IMG/VR virus record: IMGVR_UViG_3300032829_000004
Location: 33,803-97,802 of that record
Source: a virus
Strand: one strand, 5' to 3'
Length of the DNA stretch: 64,000 nucleotides
Both the position numbers and the translations under genes were made by a program. The notes below the pieces were generated by a model. The model was not told where the DNA came from and searched no databases. It saw only the letters and a list, made by a program, of their open reading frames with translations. Shown piece by piece: positions 44,219 to 54,111 of this stretch (positions are counted from its first letter, which is position 1; each line of letters begins with the position of its first letter).

Positions 44219-44976
44219 AGTCCGCTCCCCGGGTAGCCGAGGGCGGGGGCGACGTCGGCGGCCTGCCAGGCCCGCGCCCAGCGCTGCCGGATTTCCCGGG
44301 CGTCATGGCTGATTTCCGCCTCGGCGGCTGCCGCCGCGGCGATGACTGCGGACAGGTTCTCGGCTGCCGTGCGCCGGGTCGGCCAGGGCGCCCAGTTCCC
44401 GGACGGGCCGTCGGCGTCCAGGCCGAGCCAGCCGGCGGCGTGCGCGGTCTGCCGGAACAGGGGGAGGCCGCCCCGGTGCCGCATGTCGGCGGTGAACCGG
44501 TCTGCCCGCCCCGGCTCGGCGTGCGGGGTGCGCAGCGGCTCCGCGGTGTACGGCGGGCGGACGAGCACGGCGGCGTTCGCCGGCCCGGGGTCCCGGTCGG
44601 GGAGGTTCCGCAGCCCGTCGAGGACTTTTTCGAGGAGTTCGCGCGCCTCGGGGACGTGGCGGCGGACGGGGCGGGCGTGCTGCCCGCCGGCCGCCGGGAT
44701 CGGCGCGGTGACGGCGGGCGGGGCGGGGCGGAACACGGGGCCGAGACGCCGGCGGAACACCGCCGTCTCGTCGCCTCCTGACTGCGGGGCGTAGGGCCAT
44801 TCCCCGGCAGGCCGGCCGCCGGCCGCCGGGGCCGGGAGCGGGGAGAGCGTCCCGTCCCCGGTCAGGTACTGGAACGGCCGGTCCTCGGCCGGCAGCGCCT
44901 CGATCGCCTCGGTGACGGCATGCCGGGCCGGGGGCGCGGGCCTGCGTCGGCGGAGGGGGAACAGGGTGACGTTCAC
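44215..44976 (-). CDS. Pro/Ala-rich hypothetical protein
   Basis: GTGA coupling at both ends. Confidence 0.45.
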   Translation of the reverse strand: MNVTLFPLRRRRPAPPARHAVTEAIEALPAEDRPFQYLTGDGTLSPLPAPAAGGRPAGEWPYAPQSGGDETAVFRRRLGPVFRPAPPAVTAPIPAAGGQHARPVRRHVPEARELLEKVLDGLRNLPDRDPGPANAAVLVRPPYTAEPLRTPHAEPGRADRFTADMRHRGGLPLFRQTAHAAGWLGLDADGPSGNWAPWPTRRTAAENLSAVIAAAAAAEAEISHDAREIRQRWARAWQAADVAPALGYPGSGL

Positions 44977-45332
44977 GCCGCTTCCCCGCTTCCCGCCTGC
45001 GCGTCCCGGACCAGGCCGAGGTAGCCCCTGACGGTCGGGTCCGGGTGGGACACGTGGGCTTCCACGCTGACCGCCCCGAATTTCCGGACGGCGATCCGCA
45101 TGCCGAGGGGGCCGGCGGTGACCTCGGTGCCCCATTCGGCGGCGAACGCTTCCAGGGCGGCGAGCTTCTCCTCGCGGGTGCCTGCCGGCAGGGGCACGTT
45201 GAAGACGGGGGTGGGTTCCCAGTCCGGCCGGTGGATTTCGAGCCAGGCGGCGAGGTCCGCCAGGCCGGCGACGACGGCGTGCCTGCGGTCCGCCCCCGTC
45301 ACCGCGTCGTCTTTCAGGGTGGTGATGGTCAT
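44973..45332 (-). CDS. Hypothetical protein
   Basis: GAAAGGAAG SD. Confidence 0.6.
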   Translation of the reverse strand: MTITTLKDDAVTGADRRHAVVAGLADLAAWLEIHRPDWEPTPVFNVPLPAGTREEKLAALEAFAAEWGTEVTAGPLGMRIAVRKFGAVSVEAHVSHPDPTVRGYLGLVRDAQAGSGEAA

Positions 45333-45420
45333 TCCGGGTTGCTTCCTTTCCTTGCGGTTACCATTGGCTTGCCGGTTGCTTCCGGCCCCCGGCCGTCGTG
45401 AGCGGCCGGGGTTCTTGCGT

Positions 45421-45669
45421 TCAGGCGGCCTGCGCGGCGTCTTCCCGCCGGCCGTGAAGCTGCTCGTACCTGGCTGCGATCGCCTCCGGGCTGCCGAGGG
45501 GGTGGCCCGGATACCAGGCGGCCTGCGCGGCGGCGAGCGCGCCCCGTTCGGCCGCGAGGACGGCCACGTCGGCGAGCGCGCGGGCGAGGACTACTCCCGC
45601 TGCCGCTACGGCCTGGTCGTACCTGGCGCGGGTTTCCTCGTCGGGGAGGGAGTCGCGGCAGGCGCTCAT
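45421..45669 (-). CDS. Hypothetical protein
   Basis: ATGA overlap. Confidence 0.5.
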   Translation of the reverse strand: MSACRDSLPDEETRARYDQAVAAAGVVLARALADVAVLAAERGALAAAQAAWYPGHPLGSPEAIAARYEQLHGRREDAAQAA

Positions 45670-46325
45670 GCCGTCCCGCTTTCCGTCGCGTCGAGGGCGG
45701 CCTGCGCCTGCTCCCATGTCGCGTTCTCGTCGCCGCCCACCGCGGACAGCAGGCGGCGGAGGTAGTCGAACCGTTCCTTGTCCTTCCGGGCGTGGCGCTC
45801 GGTCCACTCGGCGCTTTCCTCCGCGTACTTGCGGAGCTCGGCGAGAGTGGAGAGGAAACCGAACTGGTCGGCGGGGAAGTAGGCGAACAGGGGAAGCTGG
45901 CCGCCGCTCTCCTCTTCCGCGATCCGGGCCAGTTCTCTTGCGGCGTCGCGTCGCTTCTCGTCCGGGTCGCGCGGGTCGAACGGGTCGGTGTCGGCCCCGA
46001 GGGTCACTTGGACGGGCGGGAAGCCCGCGCGGGCGAGTTCGTCCCAGTTCTTAAATCCGTGAGCGGACTCACGGATTTCAGCTTCGCTGCGGTAGGCGCG
46101 GGCGCACTTGAGGCGGCGCTGGATCTCCTGCTCGGTGATCCGGTAGCCGTCGGCCTTCGCCTCGGCGAGCAGTTTGGCGAGCGCCCCGTGGCGCAGGTTG
46201 CCGGCGGGAGTCGTCATCTTGTCGTCGGCGAGGAGCCGGCTTCCGAATCGCCAGCGCTCGATGATGCCGCCCGTGTCGCTTGCGGCGATGTGGCGCTCGA
46301 GCCGGAGGTAGCGGGTGTACTTCAT
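45666..46325 (-). CDS. Hypothetical protein directly downstream of cro
   Basis: ATGA overlap; phage-like composition. Confidence 0.65.
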   Translation of the reverse strand: MKYTRYLRLERHIAASDTGGIIERWRFGSRLLADDKMTTPAGNLRHGALAKLLAEAKADGYRITEQEIQRRLKCARAYRSEAEIRESAHGFKNWDELARAGFPPVQVTLGADTDPFDPRDPDEKRRDAARELARIAEEESGGQLPLFAYFPADQFGFLSTLAELRKYAEESAEWTERHARKDKERFDYLRRLLSAVGGDENATWEQAQAALDATESGTA

Positions 46326-46588
46326 GCCGCCCGCCTGGCCAGCTCGGGGTTGACCAGCTTGTCGGATGTGGTGCCGCACGCGTCGGCGATGGCGGCCAGG
46401 GTGACCGGGCTGACGCTCCGCGTGCCTTTCTCGATCTCTGACAGGTAGCTGGGCGAGATGCCGGCTGCGGCGGCTACCTGCCGCTGTTCGAGCCCTGCCA
46501 GGACCCGGGCGAGGTAGACCGCCTGGGGGTTCTGGGTGGTAGGCGTGAGGCAGGGCATGCCCGCGCCGTCCCGTCTGTCTCGCTTCAT
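46322..46588 (-). CDS. Cro-like XRE HTH regulator
   Basis: ARVLAGLEQRQVAAAAGISPSYLSEIEKG; first gene of the leftward operon. Confidence 0.8.
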   Translation of the reverse strand: MKRDRRDGAGMPCLTPTTQNPQAVYLARVLAGLEQRQVAAAAGISPSYLSEIEKGTRSVSPVTLAAIADACGTTSDKLVNPELARRAA

Positions 46589-46596
46589 GCCAACGG

Positions 46597-46731
46597 AGAC
46601 TAGCGCGAACTAGCGCGCAGTGCAAGCGTAGTCCAGGTTAGTGCTTACGATGTTGGTACATGTCTTTACAGTTCGGCGTCTGTGTGTTCTAATGGTCGAT
46701 AGTTCGCGCCACTTCGCGCTAGGATTCCAAC
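46597..46731. promoter_or_regulatory. Immunity switch region with repeated (T)AGCGCGAA-type operator motifs
   Basis: CTAGCGCGAACTAGCGCG near 46600 and inverse AGTTCGCGCCACTTCGCGCTAG near 46701; TAGGAT 6 nt before cI ATG. Confidence 0.6.
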
Positions 46732-47268
46732 ATGACGGACAGCCCCGCCCGGCCGCCCGAGGCGGAACTCCTCCGCCGCGCCCGCAGGCGCCTCCGCCTG
46801 CCCCTCCGCGAGGCCTCGGCCGCCGCCGGCCTCAGCGAAAGCCGCCTGCGCCAGATAGAGGCCGGCTACCAGACAGTCAGCAAGGGCGTCCAGATCCCGA
46901 CGTCAGCGACCGACGTCACGCTCGCCCACCTCGCGAAGGCCTACGGAATCACCCCGGAGGAGCTCGAAGAGTCCGGGCGCGCGGACGGCGCCGAAGTCCT
47001 CCGCGAGATCCTCCGGCCGCAGGCCCCCGCCGCGCCGGCCCTGCGCCCCGTCTCCTCGCCGCCGCCGCCATCGCCCGGTTCTCCCGCCGAGGAATACCTT
47101 GCCGAGCTTCTCGCCCGCTACCAGGATGACGACGTGGTCCAGGCGATCGGCGCGCAGAAGGGGACAGCCAAGGCCGCGTCGGTGAAGGTGGCCGAGATCC
47201 TCGAGTGGCTGGACTTCCAGAGCCGCATCTCGGGTCAGGGGCCGGCGGGAAGCGGTTTCGCGGGGTAG
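46732..47268 (+). CDS. CI-like immunity repressor (XRE HTH)
   Basis: REASAAAGLSESRLRQIEAGY; divergent from cro; leaderless. Confidence 0.8.
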   Translation: MTDSPARPPEAELLRRARRRLRLPLREASAAAGLSESRLRQIEAGYQTVSKGVQIPTSATDVTLAHLAKAYGITPEELEESGRADGAEVLREILRPQAPAAPALRPVSSPPPPSPGSPAEEYLAELLARYQDDDVVQAIGAQKGTAKAASVKVAEILEWLDFQSRISGQGPAGSGFAG

Positions 47269-47452
47269 GGCGATTGTAACGAATCGGTAATATTGCCGTC
47301 CGCTAACACATGATCACCTTTTGCAGTCCCTTTGCCCGGGTGTAGACCCTTCTAAGCGCGCCGGCACGCCCGCCCCCCCGGGCAGGCCGCGCGCAGGGAG
47401 GGAAGCGCGAGGGGACCCCCGCGGCGACGCGGGGCAGGAGGGGAGCAACCGT

Positions 47453-47734
47453 ATGCGCAGCAGCATTGCCAGGCAGGAAACGGGAACCGGGGGAATCACG
47501 GGCGGCCATTCGGCGCGGGCCGCACTGGAGGCGCTCGCCGCGGCGGCACGCGCCGTCCAGTCAGCGGCCGGCACGGGAAGCGACGCACTGCTCGCCGGGG
47601 CGCTCATCCGCCTCGCGGAGGCGACAGTCGCGGCGGAGGAACTGGCCGCCGCCAAGATCGCGGTCGACGTGGTCGCCCAGGCGGCGTACGCGGCCGGCGC
47701 CGCCGGGTACAGGCGGCACCTGCGCTCCGTCTAG
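47453..47734 (+). CDS. Hypothetical Ala-rich protein
   Basis: GGAGGGGAG SD. Confidence 0.5.
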   Translation: MRSSIARQETGTGGITGGHSARAALEALAAAARAVQSAAGTGSDALLAGALIRLAEATVAAEELAAAKIAVDVVAQAAYAAGAAGYRRHLRSV

Positions 47735-48507
47735 GGCTTGCGGGCCAGGACCCCGGCAATGTGCCCCGGGGTCCTGCCCGTCAGCCTCCTGGCCGCCCAT
47801 CCCGGCTTCCCCGGGATCGCCCGCACGTCCTTCACCCCGGGCGGCACGATCTCCAGCCCGGCATCCTCAAGCCATCCCGTGACGTCTTCCGCCGTGTGGC
47901 TCCGGATGCGGGCCGGGGTGTACATGTCCAGCAGGCCGTCCGCCCGGGTGGCGTCGGAGCCGACGATGCCGAGCGACAGGGCGAGCACCGACCCGGAGGG
48001 GAGCGCCTTGGCGAGCCGGGCGATCCCCGCCGCCGCCCCTTCCGCCGGCACGAAGTGCAGCAGCAGGCCGGCGATGACGCAGACAGGCTCCCCTCCGGCG
48101 AGCATCGCCGCGACCGGCTCCAGTTCCAGCATGCTGCGGGGGCGGGGCGGGGCGGGGACCAGGGTGATGCCCTTCCCGGACAGCAGTGCCACCGCCCAGG
48201 CGTGCGCCGCCTCGTCAGGGCTGACGTAGATGACCTGCGCGGCCGGGCAGGCGGCCCGGACGGCGTCGTGGACGTCGCGGCCCGGGAGCGCCGTGACGGG
48301 GCCGCAGCGGATGAACCGGGCGACACCCCGTTCCGCCGCCCACGCGGCGGCCCGGCAGTGGAAGTCCTGCGCCGCCCGGATGTGGCCGGGGACGGCGGGG
48401 AACCTCGCGGCGATCGCCCGGCCAAGCTCCCGGTCGGCGCGGCGATGCCAGGCACCGCCGAGCATCCAGTCGTACACGCCGTGGGCGGTCGCCTCGCCGT
48501 CGTTCAC
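47731..48507 (-). CDS. Actinobacterial SAM-dependent methyltransferase (possibly degenerate)
   Basis: VYDWMLGG...ADR, LLLHFV, LPSGSVLALS, GLEIVPPG; SAM motif atypical (RCGP). Confidence 0.7.
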   Translation of the reverse strand: MNDGEATAHGVYDWMLGGAWHRRADRELGRAIAARFPAVPGHIRAAQDFHCRAAAWAAERGVARFIRCGPVTALPGRDVHDAVRAACPAAQVIYVSPDEAAHAWAVALLSGKGITLVPAPPRPRSMLELEPVAAMLAGGEPVCVIAGLLLHFVPAEGAAAGIARLAKALPSGSVLALSLGIVGSDATRADGLLDMYTPARIRSHTAEDVTGWLEDAGLEIVPPGVKDVRAIPGKPGWAARRLTGRTPGHIAGVLARKP

Positions 48508-48623
48508 CGGGGCGTCCGCGGCGGCCGCGGGCTTCCGTGACTCCGGATCACGGGGCGGTGACGGGGCGGGATCATCACGGCAACGCCGGCGCACCGCCCC
48601 CCGCCCCCCCGCGTCGAACAGGC

Positions 48624-48959
48624 ATGACGAACCCCATCATTCCCGCCGCCCTCGCCGCGGCCTCCATCGCAGTCCTCGCCGCGTGCGGCAGCAGCGCCCC
48701 CGCCCCGTCCGCCTCGTCCCCCGCGGTCCCCGCAGCCGAGCAGGCCGCCGTCACCACGATGACCGCCCACTGCACCGAGAACGCCCCTCAGCTCGAGGAG
48801 ATGCTGGACGCCACGCACGGGCTGGAGGTGAAAGCGGGCATCACGGACGAGACAGTGCCCCAGCTGGCCGCCCACCTCGCCACAGTCGTGTCCGCCTACA
48901 AGGCGCCCGTCTCGTGCGTCCAGGCGTTCGCCGCCTACGTCACGATGCGGGAAGGCTAG
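48624..48959 (+). CDS. Putative lipoprotein
   Basis: LAAC lipobox. Confidence 0.65.
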   Translation: MTNPIIPAALAAASIAVLAACGSSAPAPSASSPAVPAAEQAAVTTMTAHCTENAPQLEEMLDATHGLEVKAGITDETVPQLAAHLATVVSAYKAPVSCVQAFAAYVTMREG

Positions 48960-49177
48960 CCGCCGGCCCGCGGCCCCCGTTCCCCGGCGGGGGCCGCCAT
49001 CCCTATCCCTGCCCGCCGCGCTCACGTGCCCCTCCTGCAATCGCACACCCAGTGCCCACTTTGCACCATCCGGCCCCGCCACGCCATGACTCACGGGTAA
49101 CTTGAAGGGACGAGCGGCCACCAGGACGCAGGAGTCCGGACGTCCCGGTACGTTCCGCCGCCTCCTACGTTGCCCGG

Positions 49178-49432
49178 ATGGACTTTTCCGGGGTGAGACG
49201 GCACGGTGCCGACAGGTGGCTGTACCAGCAGATCGCGGACGTGATCGCCGCCGCGATCGACTCCGGCGAGCTGGCCCCCCGCCAGCAGGTGCCTACCGAG
49301 AAAGACCTGATGGACGCCACCGGGGCATCCCGCCAGGCGGTCCGGCACGCGATCGGGGACCTGCGCCGCCGCGGGTACTTGTACACGGTCCCGCAATTGG
49401 GAAGTTTCGTCACCGAACGCAAACCCGAATAA
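49178..49432 (+). CDS. GntR-family winged-helix regulator
   Basis: LYQQIAD...GEL.P...VPTEKDL...SRQAVRHA...G.FV. Confidence 0.85.
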   Translation: MDFSGVRRHGADRWLYQQIADVIAAAIDSGELAPRQQVPTEKDLMDATGASRQAVRHAIGDLRRRGYLYTVPQLGSFVTERKPE

Positions 49433-49535
49433 TAGGCGTTTTCCTGGGATAAAATTAAGAAAGCGGCTACGGGGGCCATCTCACTGGCCTTCCCGTAGCC
49501 TGACCCTCCCCCTGGTTTCCGCAGGAACGAGAGCT

Positions 49536-50123
49536 ATGACCAACCCTACGGGCGCACCCGTGCGCACCGCCCTCTACCGGTTCTACGCGGCAAACGAAAC
49601 CCTGCTGTACGTTGGCATCACCAAGCGGCTCGGGACCCGGTGGGGAGAGCATGCTAAGGCGCAGCCTTGGTGGCCACTGGTCGATCGTCAGACCGTGCAG
49701 TGGCTTCCCGCCCGCGAGGCGGCACAGTCTGCCGAGGAGAGAGCCATTGCGACCGAGAACCCCGTGTTCAACATCGCCGACTCTCCCTGCAAGGGCTGGA
49801 CTTTCGACGAAGGAACAGGCTTCTACGTCAGCCTGAAGCGCCAGCGGCGTCCCCGTCCTCAGCATCGTGATGAGCTTCCTCCCATGTTCCACGGCGACGG
49901 CTGGCACTGGCCGCATGAGCGCGTCGCCCGCGCGCTCGAGAACGCGATCCTGTCCGGCGAGTACCCGCCCGGCTCCCGACTTCCCTCGCAGGACCGGATC
50001 GCCGCCGAGGCGGGAGTGTCGAAACACACCGTCTCCGCCGCGATCGCGCTGCTCCGTGACCGGGGAATCGTCTTCACGCGCCCTCGCCTGGGAACCTTCA
50101 TCAGCGCGCACCGGGCCGGGTAG
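49536..50123 (+). CDS. GIY-YIG nuclease-GntR wHTH fusion
   Basis: TALYRFY..LLYVGIT...E..AI..ENPVFN; GEYPPGSRLPSQ...GVS..TV. Confidence 0.8.
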   Translation: MTNPTGAPVRTALYRFYAANETLLYVGITKRLGTRWGEHAKAQPWWPLVDRQTVQWLPAREAAQSAEERAIATENPVFNIADSPCKGWTFDEGTGFYVSLKRQRRPRPQHRDELPPMFHGDGWHWPHERVARALENAILSGEYPPGSRLPSQDRIAAEAGVSKHTVSAAIALLRDRGIVFTRPRLGTFISAHRAG

Positions 50124-50658
50124 GCGCCTCCTGGCCGCTGATGCCCGCGTCCTGGCTGCGCGGAGGCGCGTGCGTCCGGGGCTGGCCGGTGCCAGGGGCG
50201 CGGGCGGCGTCGCGGTGGGCGTCGTAGAGGGCGATCAGTGTTCCGCCTGCACCGAGCATGGTGTCCGCGTAGGCCCAGAAGTCGCGGGATTGCCGGAGGC
50301 GGCCGGTTTCGGCCTGGCGGATGGTGCTGATGCTGACGCACAGGAGTCCGGCCAGCTGGGGCTGCGTGAGGCCGGCGGCGCGGCGGCGGCCGGCGAGCGC
50401 GCGGGACAGGGCGCGGGCCGTGGCGGCGGCGGGCGCGTCGGGGTCGGGGACGCGGGGGCGTGAGCTTGGGCTGAGCCCGGGGTCGAGTTCGCCGGTTTTG
50501 GCAAGGACTCGGAGGGCACGCCGGCAGGTGAGGACCGAGTAGCCGGTGCGGCGGGCGAGTTCGGCTCCGCTAGGGGCGAGGCTGCCCGGCTTGAGAGTGC
50601 CGTCGGCGATCAGGTCGCGGACGAGGGCAGCAGCCTGGAGGTATTTGAACTGGGCCAT
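50101..50658 (-). CDS. GntR wHTH-XRE HTH fusion regulator
   Basis: YLQAAALVRDLIADGTLKPG..PS..EL; RRAAGLTQPQLA...TIRQAETG. Confidence 0.75.
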   Translation of the reverse strand: MAQFKYLQAAALVRDLIADGTLKPGSLAPSGAELARRTGYSVLTCRRALRVLAKTGELDPGLSPSSRPRVPDPDAPAAATARALSRALAGRRRAAGLTQPQLAGLLCVSISTIRQAETGRLRQSRDFWAYADTMLGAGGTLIALYDAHRDAARAPGTGQPRTHAPPRSQDAGISGQEAPTRPGAR

Positions 50659-50684
50659 TGCCGGGCCGGGCTCCGCGTTCACCG

Positions 50685-50933
50685 TCACGGGGCGGTCCCC
50701 GTGACGGCCAGGTACTTGTCCATCTTCTCGCGGGCCTCGGCGAGCTGCTTCCGCATGCCCGCCTCGGTGGCGTCGTCGATGGTCATGGAAATGCGCGTGC
50801 CGTCCCAGCAGGACGCCTTCCCGGTCCTCGTAGCCCACAGGTGCCCGTGACTGGACTGCCACACATGCCAGCCGGGGAACTCCGCCTCCAGGGCCTCGCA
50901 CGCGGTGTCCTGCCGTGCGCCCGCGGCCGTCAC
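50685..50933 (-). CDS. Hypothetical protein
   Basis: EFPGWHVWQS..G.LWATR. Confidence 0.6.
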   Translation of the reverse strand: MTAAGARQDTACEALEAEFPGWHVWQSSHGHLWATRTGKASCWDGTRISMTIDDATEAGMRKQLAEAREKMDKYLAVTGTAP

Positions 50934-51346
50934 CCGGCCACGCCCTCACCGGTCACGAGCTTCCCATCGTCCGTCCCGGCCCGCGTCCCGGAGAACCTGA
51001 CCGCGGTGAGCAGATGGGGCCGGAGCTCGTCCGCCGTCGATGCCTCGTAATGCCCGGCGGTCATCCCTAGCGGCAGGTTGGCCCAGTCGGCCCGGAAGAA
51101 CCGGAACCTGACCGAGATGGTGAACAGGCCGCCGAACTCGGCTTCGAGCGCATCCGCCTGCGCCCGCAGGACGGGGTCCTCGTCGGTCGGGGCGGCGGTA
51201 TGCGTGCCGTCTTCCCCGTGGCCCGGTCCTGTCTCCTCCCCGGTAGCCTCGTGCACCGCGCGGCGCAGAGACGGCCACACCCCGGCACCCCCGGACAGCC
51301 TCACCGGCTCTTTGCACTTCCTGCACCAGTAACTCACGGCATCCAC
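50930..51346 (-). CDS. Hypothetical protein
   Basis: CRKC; LEAEF segment similar to neighbour. Confidence 0.5.
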   Translation of the reverse strand: MDAVSYWCRKCKEPVRLSGGAGVWPSLRRAVHEATGEETGPGHGEDGTHTAAPTDEDPVLRAQADALEAEFGGLFTISVRFRFFRADWANLPLGMTAGHYEASTADELRPHLLTAVRFSGTRAGTDDGKLVTGEGVAG

Positions 51347-51468
51347 GGTCCCACGATCATCACTCCGCACTCTGGGTGATCCTCAGTGCGGGAAACGCTA
51401 CGCCGTGACCTGTGCCGATGTCTGTGTCCGTTTGGCCGGCTACCGGCGGGTAACGGACAACCGGCAGG

Positions 51469-52680
51469 TCACAGGGGCAGGCGCACCGCGTCCGCCAGCA
51501 CCCGCACGCGCTCCGGCGGCTTCCGCTTCCACCGCTTCCGCAGCACCGCCACCGTGTCCCGCGCCCCCCGCTGCCGGGCCAGCCATTCAGGCTGGGCGAT
51601 CCTCACCCTGTCAAGCTCCGCGATCGCCGCGTCCGACTCCGCGTCATCCCGCCCCGCCTCCCACTCGGCCGCGTGCGCGGCGGCGACGTCCAGCCGCGAC
51701 CGGTGCCAGTTCCTCGGCACGGGGAAACCGGACCCGTCCATCGCTCCCGCGATCGCGAGCGTCTGCCGGAACTTCCGCTGAACCCCGGCGATCTCCGCCG
51801 CCGCCATCTCCACCGTCCGCACCCCGAACGGGTCCCACGGGTCAGACGGCCGGACATAGTCGTCCCCTACTGCAGTGGCGGCAGTCCGCGCCCAGCGCAG
51901 CGCGTCCTGCGCCTCGCCGGGCCTGTTGTCGCGTGCCGCGCACGTCGCCACGAGCACCTGGAGCCTGCCCCACGCCGCGATCTCGTCCCGGCCCATCCGC
52001 CACATCGGCCGGTCCAGCCGGTCCGACATGTCCGACGCGAGCGCCGCGCACCCGGCGAGGTCGCCCGAGCGGAGCCGCGCCCATCCCGTCCAGTGCGCCA
52101 CCGCGAACTCCCCGCCGGGGTCGCCCGCCGCATCGTCGCCGGCCAGGCGCAGCACGTCGAGCGCCGCCTCCGGCTGCCACACCTGGCCGAGCATGTACGC
52201 GGCGGCGAGCCTCGCCCGCGACCGCAGCAGCCGCGCCTCCCTGCCGCCCCCGGCGGCGAGCGCGTCCGCGTCCGCGAGGAGCCCCGGCAGCATCTCCCGC
52301 AGGTCCCCGAACCGGGCGGCGAGAATGTGCCCCGTCGCCTCCCTCATGCCAGAGGAGACAGCCGCCTCGTCCGGCTCCCCGCCGCCTGCGTCGTGCTGCC
52401 CGGCGGCTGCGAGCCGCACCTGCTCCCACGCCTCCGCGTCGCCCGCGTCCGGCGGGTCGGCGTCCGGCTCGCCGAGCAGCTGCGACGTCTGCACGTTAAG
52501 CACCTCGGCCAGCACCCTCACCCCGGGAAGGCGCAGAGACGGGTAGGAGCCTTGCTCGATTTTCTTGACCTGGGACAGCGAGACGCCAGCCTTCGCGGCA
52601 AGCTCCGGCTGCGTCAGGCCCCGGCGTTCCCGCGCGGACGCGACCCTCTGCCCGACGGCAGCCAGCGTGATATCGTCCAT
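51469..52680 (-). CDS. Large XRE-family regulator with helical-repeat C-terminal domain
   Basis: RERRGLTQPELAAKAGVSLSQVKKIEQG. Confidence 0.85.
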   Translation of the reverse strand: MDDITLAAVGQRVASARERRGLTQPELAAKAGVSLSQVKKIEQGSYPSLRLPGVRVLAEVLNVQTSQLLGEPDADPPDAGDAEAWEQVRLAAAGQHDAGGGEPDEAAVSSGMREATGHILAARFGDLREMLPGLLADADALAAGGGREARLLRSRARLAAAYMLGQVWQPEAALDVLRLAGDDAAGDPGGEFAVAHWTGWARLRSGDLAGCAALASDMSDRLDRPMWRMGRDEIAAWGRLQVLVATCAARDNRPGEAQDALRWARTAATAVGDDYVRPSDPWDPFGVRTVEMAAAEIAGVQRKFRQTLAIAGAMDGSGFPVPRNWHRSRLDVAAAHAAEWEAGRDDAESDAAIAELDRVRIAQPEWLARQRGARDTVAVLRKRWKRKPPERVRVLADAVRLPL

Positions 52681-53134
52681 GTGACCTCGTTCGCTGATCT
52701 GTGAACCCTAGACAAGTCCACAGTAGCGCGCGAGGTCTAGTCTTGCCTGGCAGTGATGCTGCTGTTACTGCTGGTGCGCGGGTATCTCCGCCCGCCATGC
52801 CCCGTTGCGGAGCTGAACGCCCCCGTCCGACCCGTACGCGGGCAGCCTCCCCTCTGCGATTCACTATGTTTCATATGCCCGGATGCCGTCGATTATGTCC
52901 GGGTATGGCTGTCCTGTTACGGGGAGAGATAAGCGCATTCGCATGCGCATTCAGATGCAGATGCGAATGGGCGTGCAAGGTGCCCCCCTTTACCGCCACG
53001 GCTTTCTACCCAGGGAAGTTTTTGAATGAAGGGGCTTTCTCCGGGTTACCCGCCGCACGGCTCCCCATCCGCCTAATGTGGCTACAGGGGGGGACTGCGC
53101 CCGTCCCCCGTGCGAATGCGCATGCGGAGGAAAG

Positions 53135-53344
53135 ATGAGCTTCAAGCCGGTAGGGGAAGCGGCCCAGGACAAATGCCTGCACTCCTGGGGCGGTGATCAT
53201 CTCCGGGCGCACCCCCGCATGCCCCACCTGTGCCTCCTGCTAGACAAGGGGCATTTGGGGGTGCACCAGTGCGCCGCCTGCGAGGAGGAGGAGTTGACTG
53301 CTGCTGCGGCCCCCCGTGATCCGGGCACCGGTCCCCTGCTTTGA
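53135..53344 (+). CDS. Small Cys/His zinc-binding protein (acidic paralog)
   Basis: GGAGG SD; C...H.C...GH.G.H.C..C. Confidence 0.6.
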   Translation: MSFKPVGEAAQDKCLHSWGGDHLRAHPRMPHLCLLLDKGHLGVHQCAACEEEELTAAAAPRDPGTGPLL

Positions 53345-53354
53345 AGCGCGCCGT

Positions 53355-53624
53355 TTAATCTTCTTTCCCGCAGGCGGTGCACTTGTGCTTCCCTGGATGC
53401 CCCTTGTCCAGCAGGCACACGTGGAACATGCCGGGATGCTGCGCGATATGATCATTGCCCCACGCATTCAGGCACTTGTTCTGCGCAGCCTTCCCTACCG
53501 GCTTGAGGTTCTGCTTCCCCCCGGGGCTGCCGCCGCGCTTGTCGCCGCCGCCCGACCCCGCTTTCGGGCATCCGTTGAGGTGCTGCCCTTTCTTCGCTCC
53601 GCAACTAGAGCATTCCCCTGCCAT
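53355..53624 (-). CDS. Small Cys/His zinc-binding protein (basic paralog)
   Basis: TACGCT 6 nt before ATG; extra N-terminal CSSC..H...C. Confidence 0.65.
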   Translation of the reverse strand: MAGECSSCGAKKGQHLNGCPKAGSGGGDKRGGSPGGKQNLKPVGKAAQNKCLNAWGNDHIAQHPGMFHVCLLDKGHPGKHKCTACGKED

Positions 53625-54111
53625 GCGAACAGCGTAAGGCGGTGAATCTCCGCAAGAGGGGCGATCTCCGGGAATTCAGCCCGGTCCGGGCTGCAATCCA
53701 GCACCCGAAATCGTTTTTGGCACCGGAAAGAAAATGGGGGTGCGTGCCGCTTGTGCCAGCGCTGGCAGGGCCGTGCCGGACGGGCCGCCGCCGTCCCGCC
53801 TGCCCGATAGGCTTAGACCGCGCGCTCGCGCCTCCCTCTTCTTCCCGCTAGGAGCCTCCCTCTTTTGGATGCCCCGGTGGCGGCTGCACTGTCGCCTTCC
53901 CTTGCCCGTCTCGCCATCGCGGTGACGGGCGTGACGGGACCGGCGGGGGTGCGGGACAGGCTGATCCTGGCGGAGGCGGGGGAACTCCCGGAGGGGGATG
54001 CGTATGCGCTCGGCGTTGACCTTGACGTGCTCGCGGGCCTGCTTGCGGGACGGTAGGCACGTTTGCGTAGCCCCCCTTTACAGGGCGTCCCCTTCACTGT
54101 AAAGTGGGGGT

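Noticed and set aside
53135-53510. Diversity-generating retroelement TR/VR pair
   Set aside because: Differences are not confined to adenines and no reverse transcriptase is present in the window
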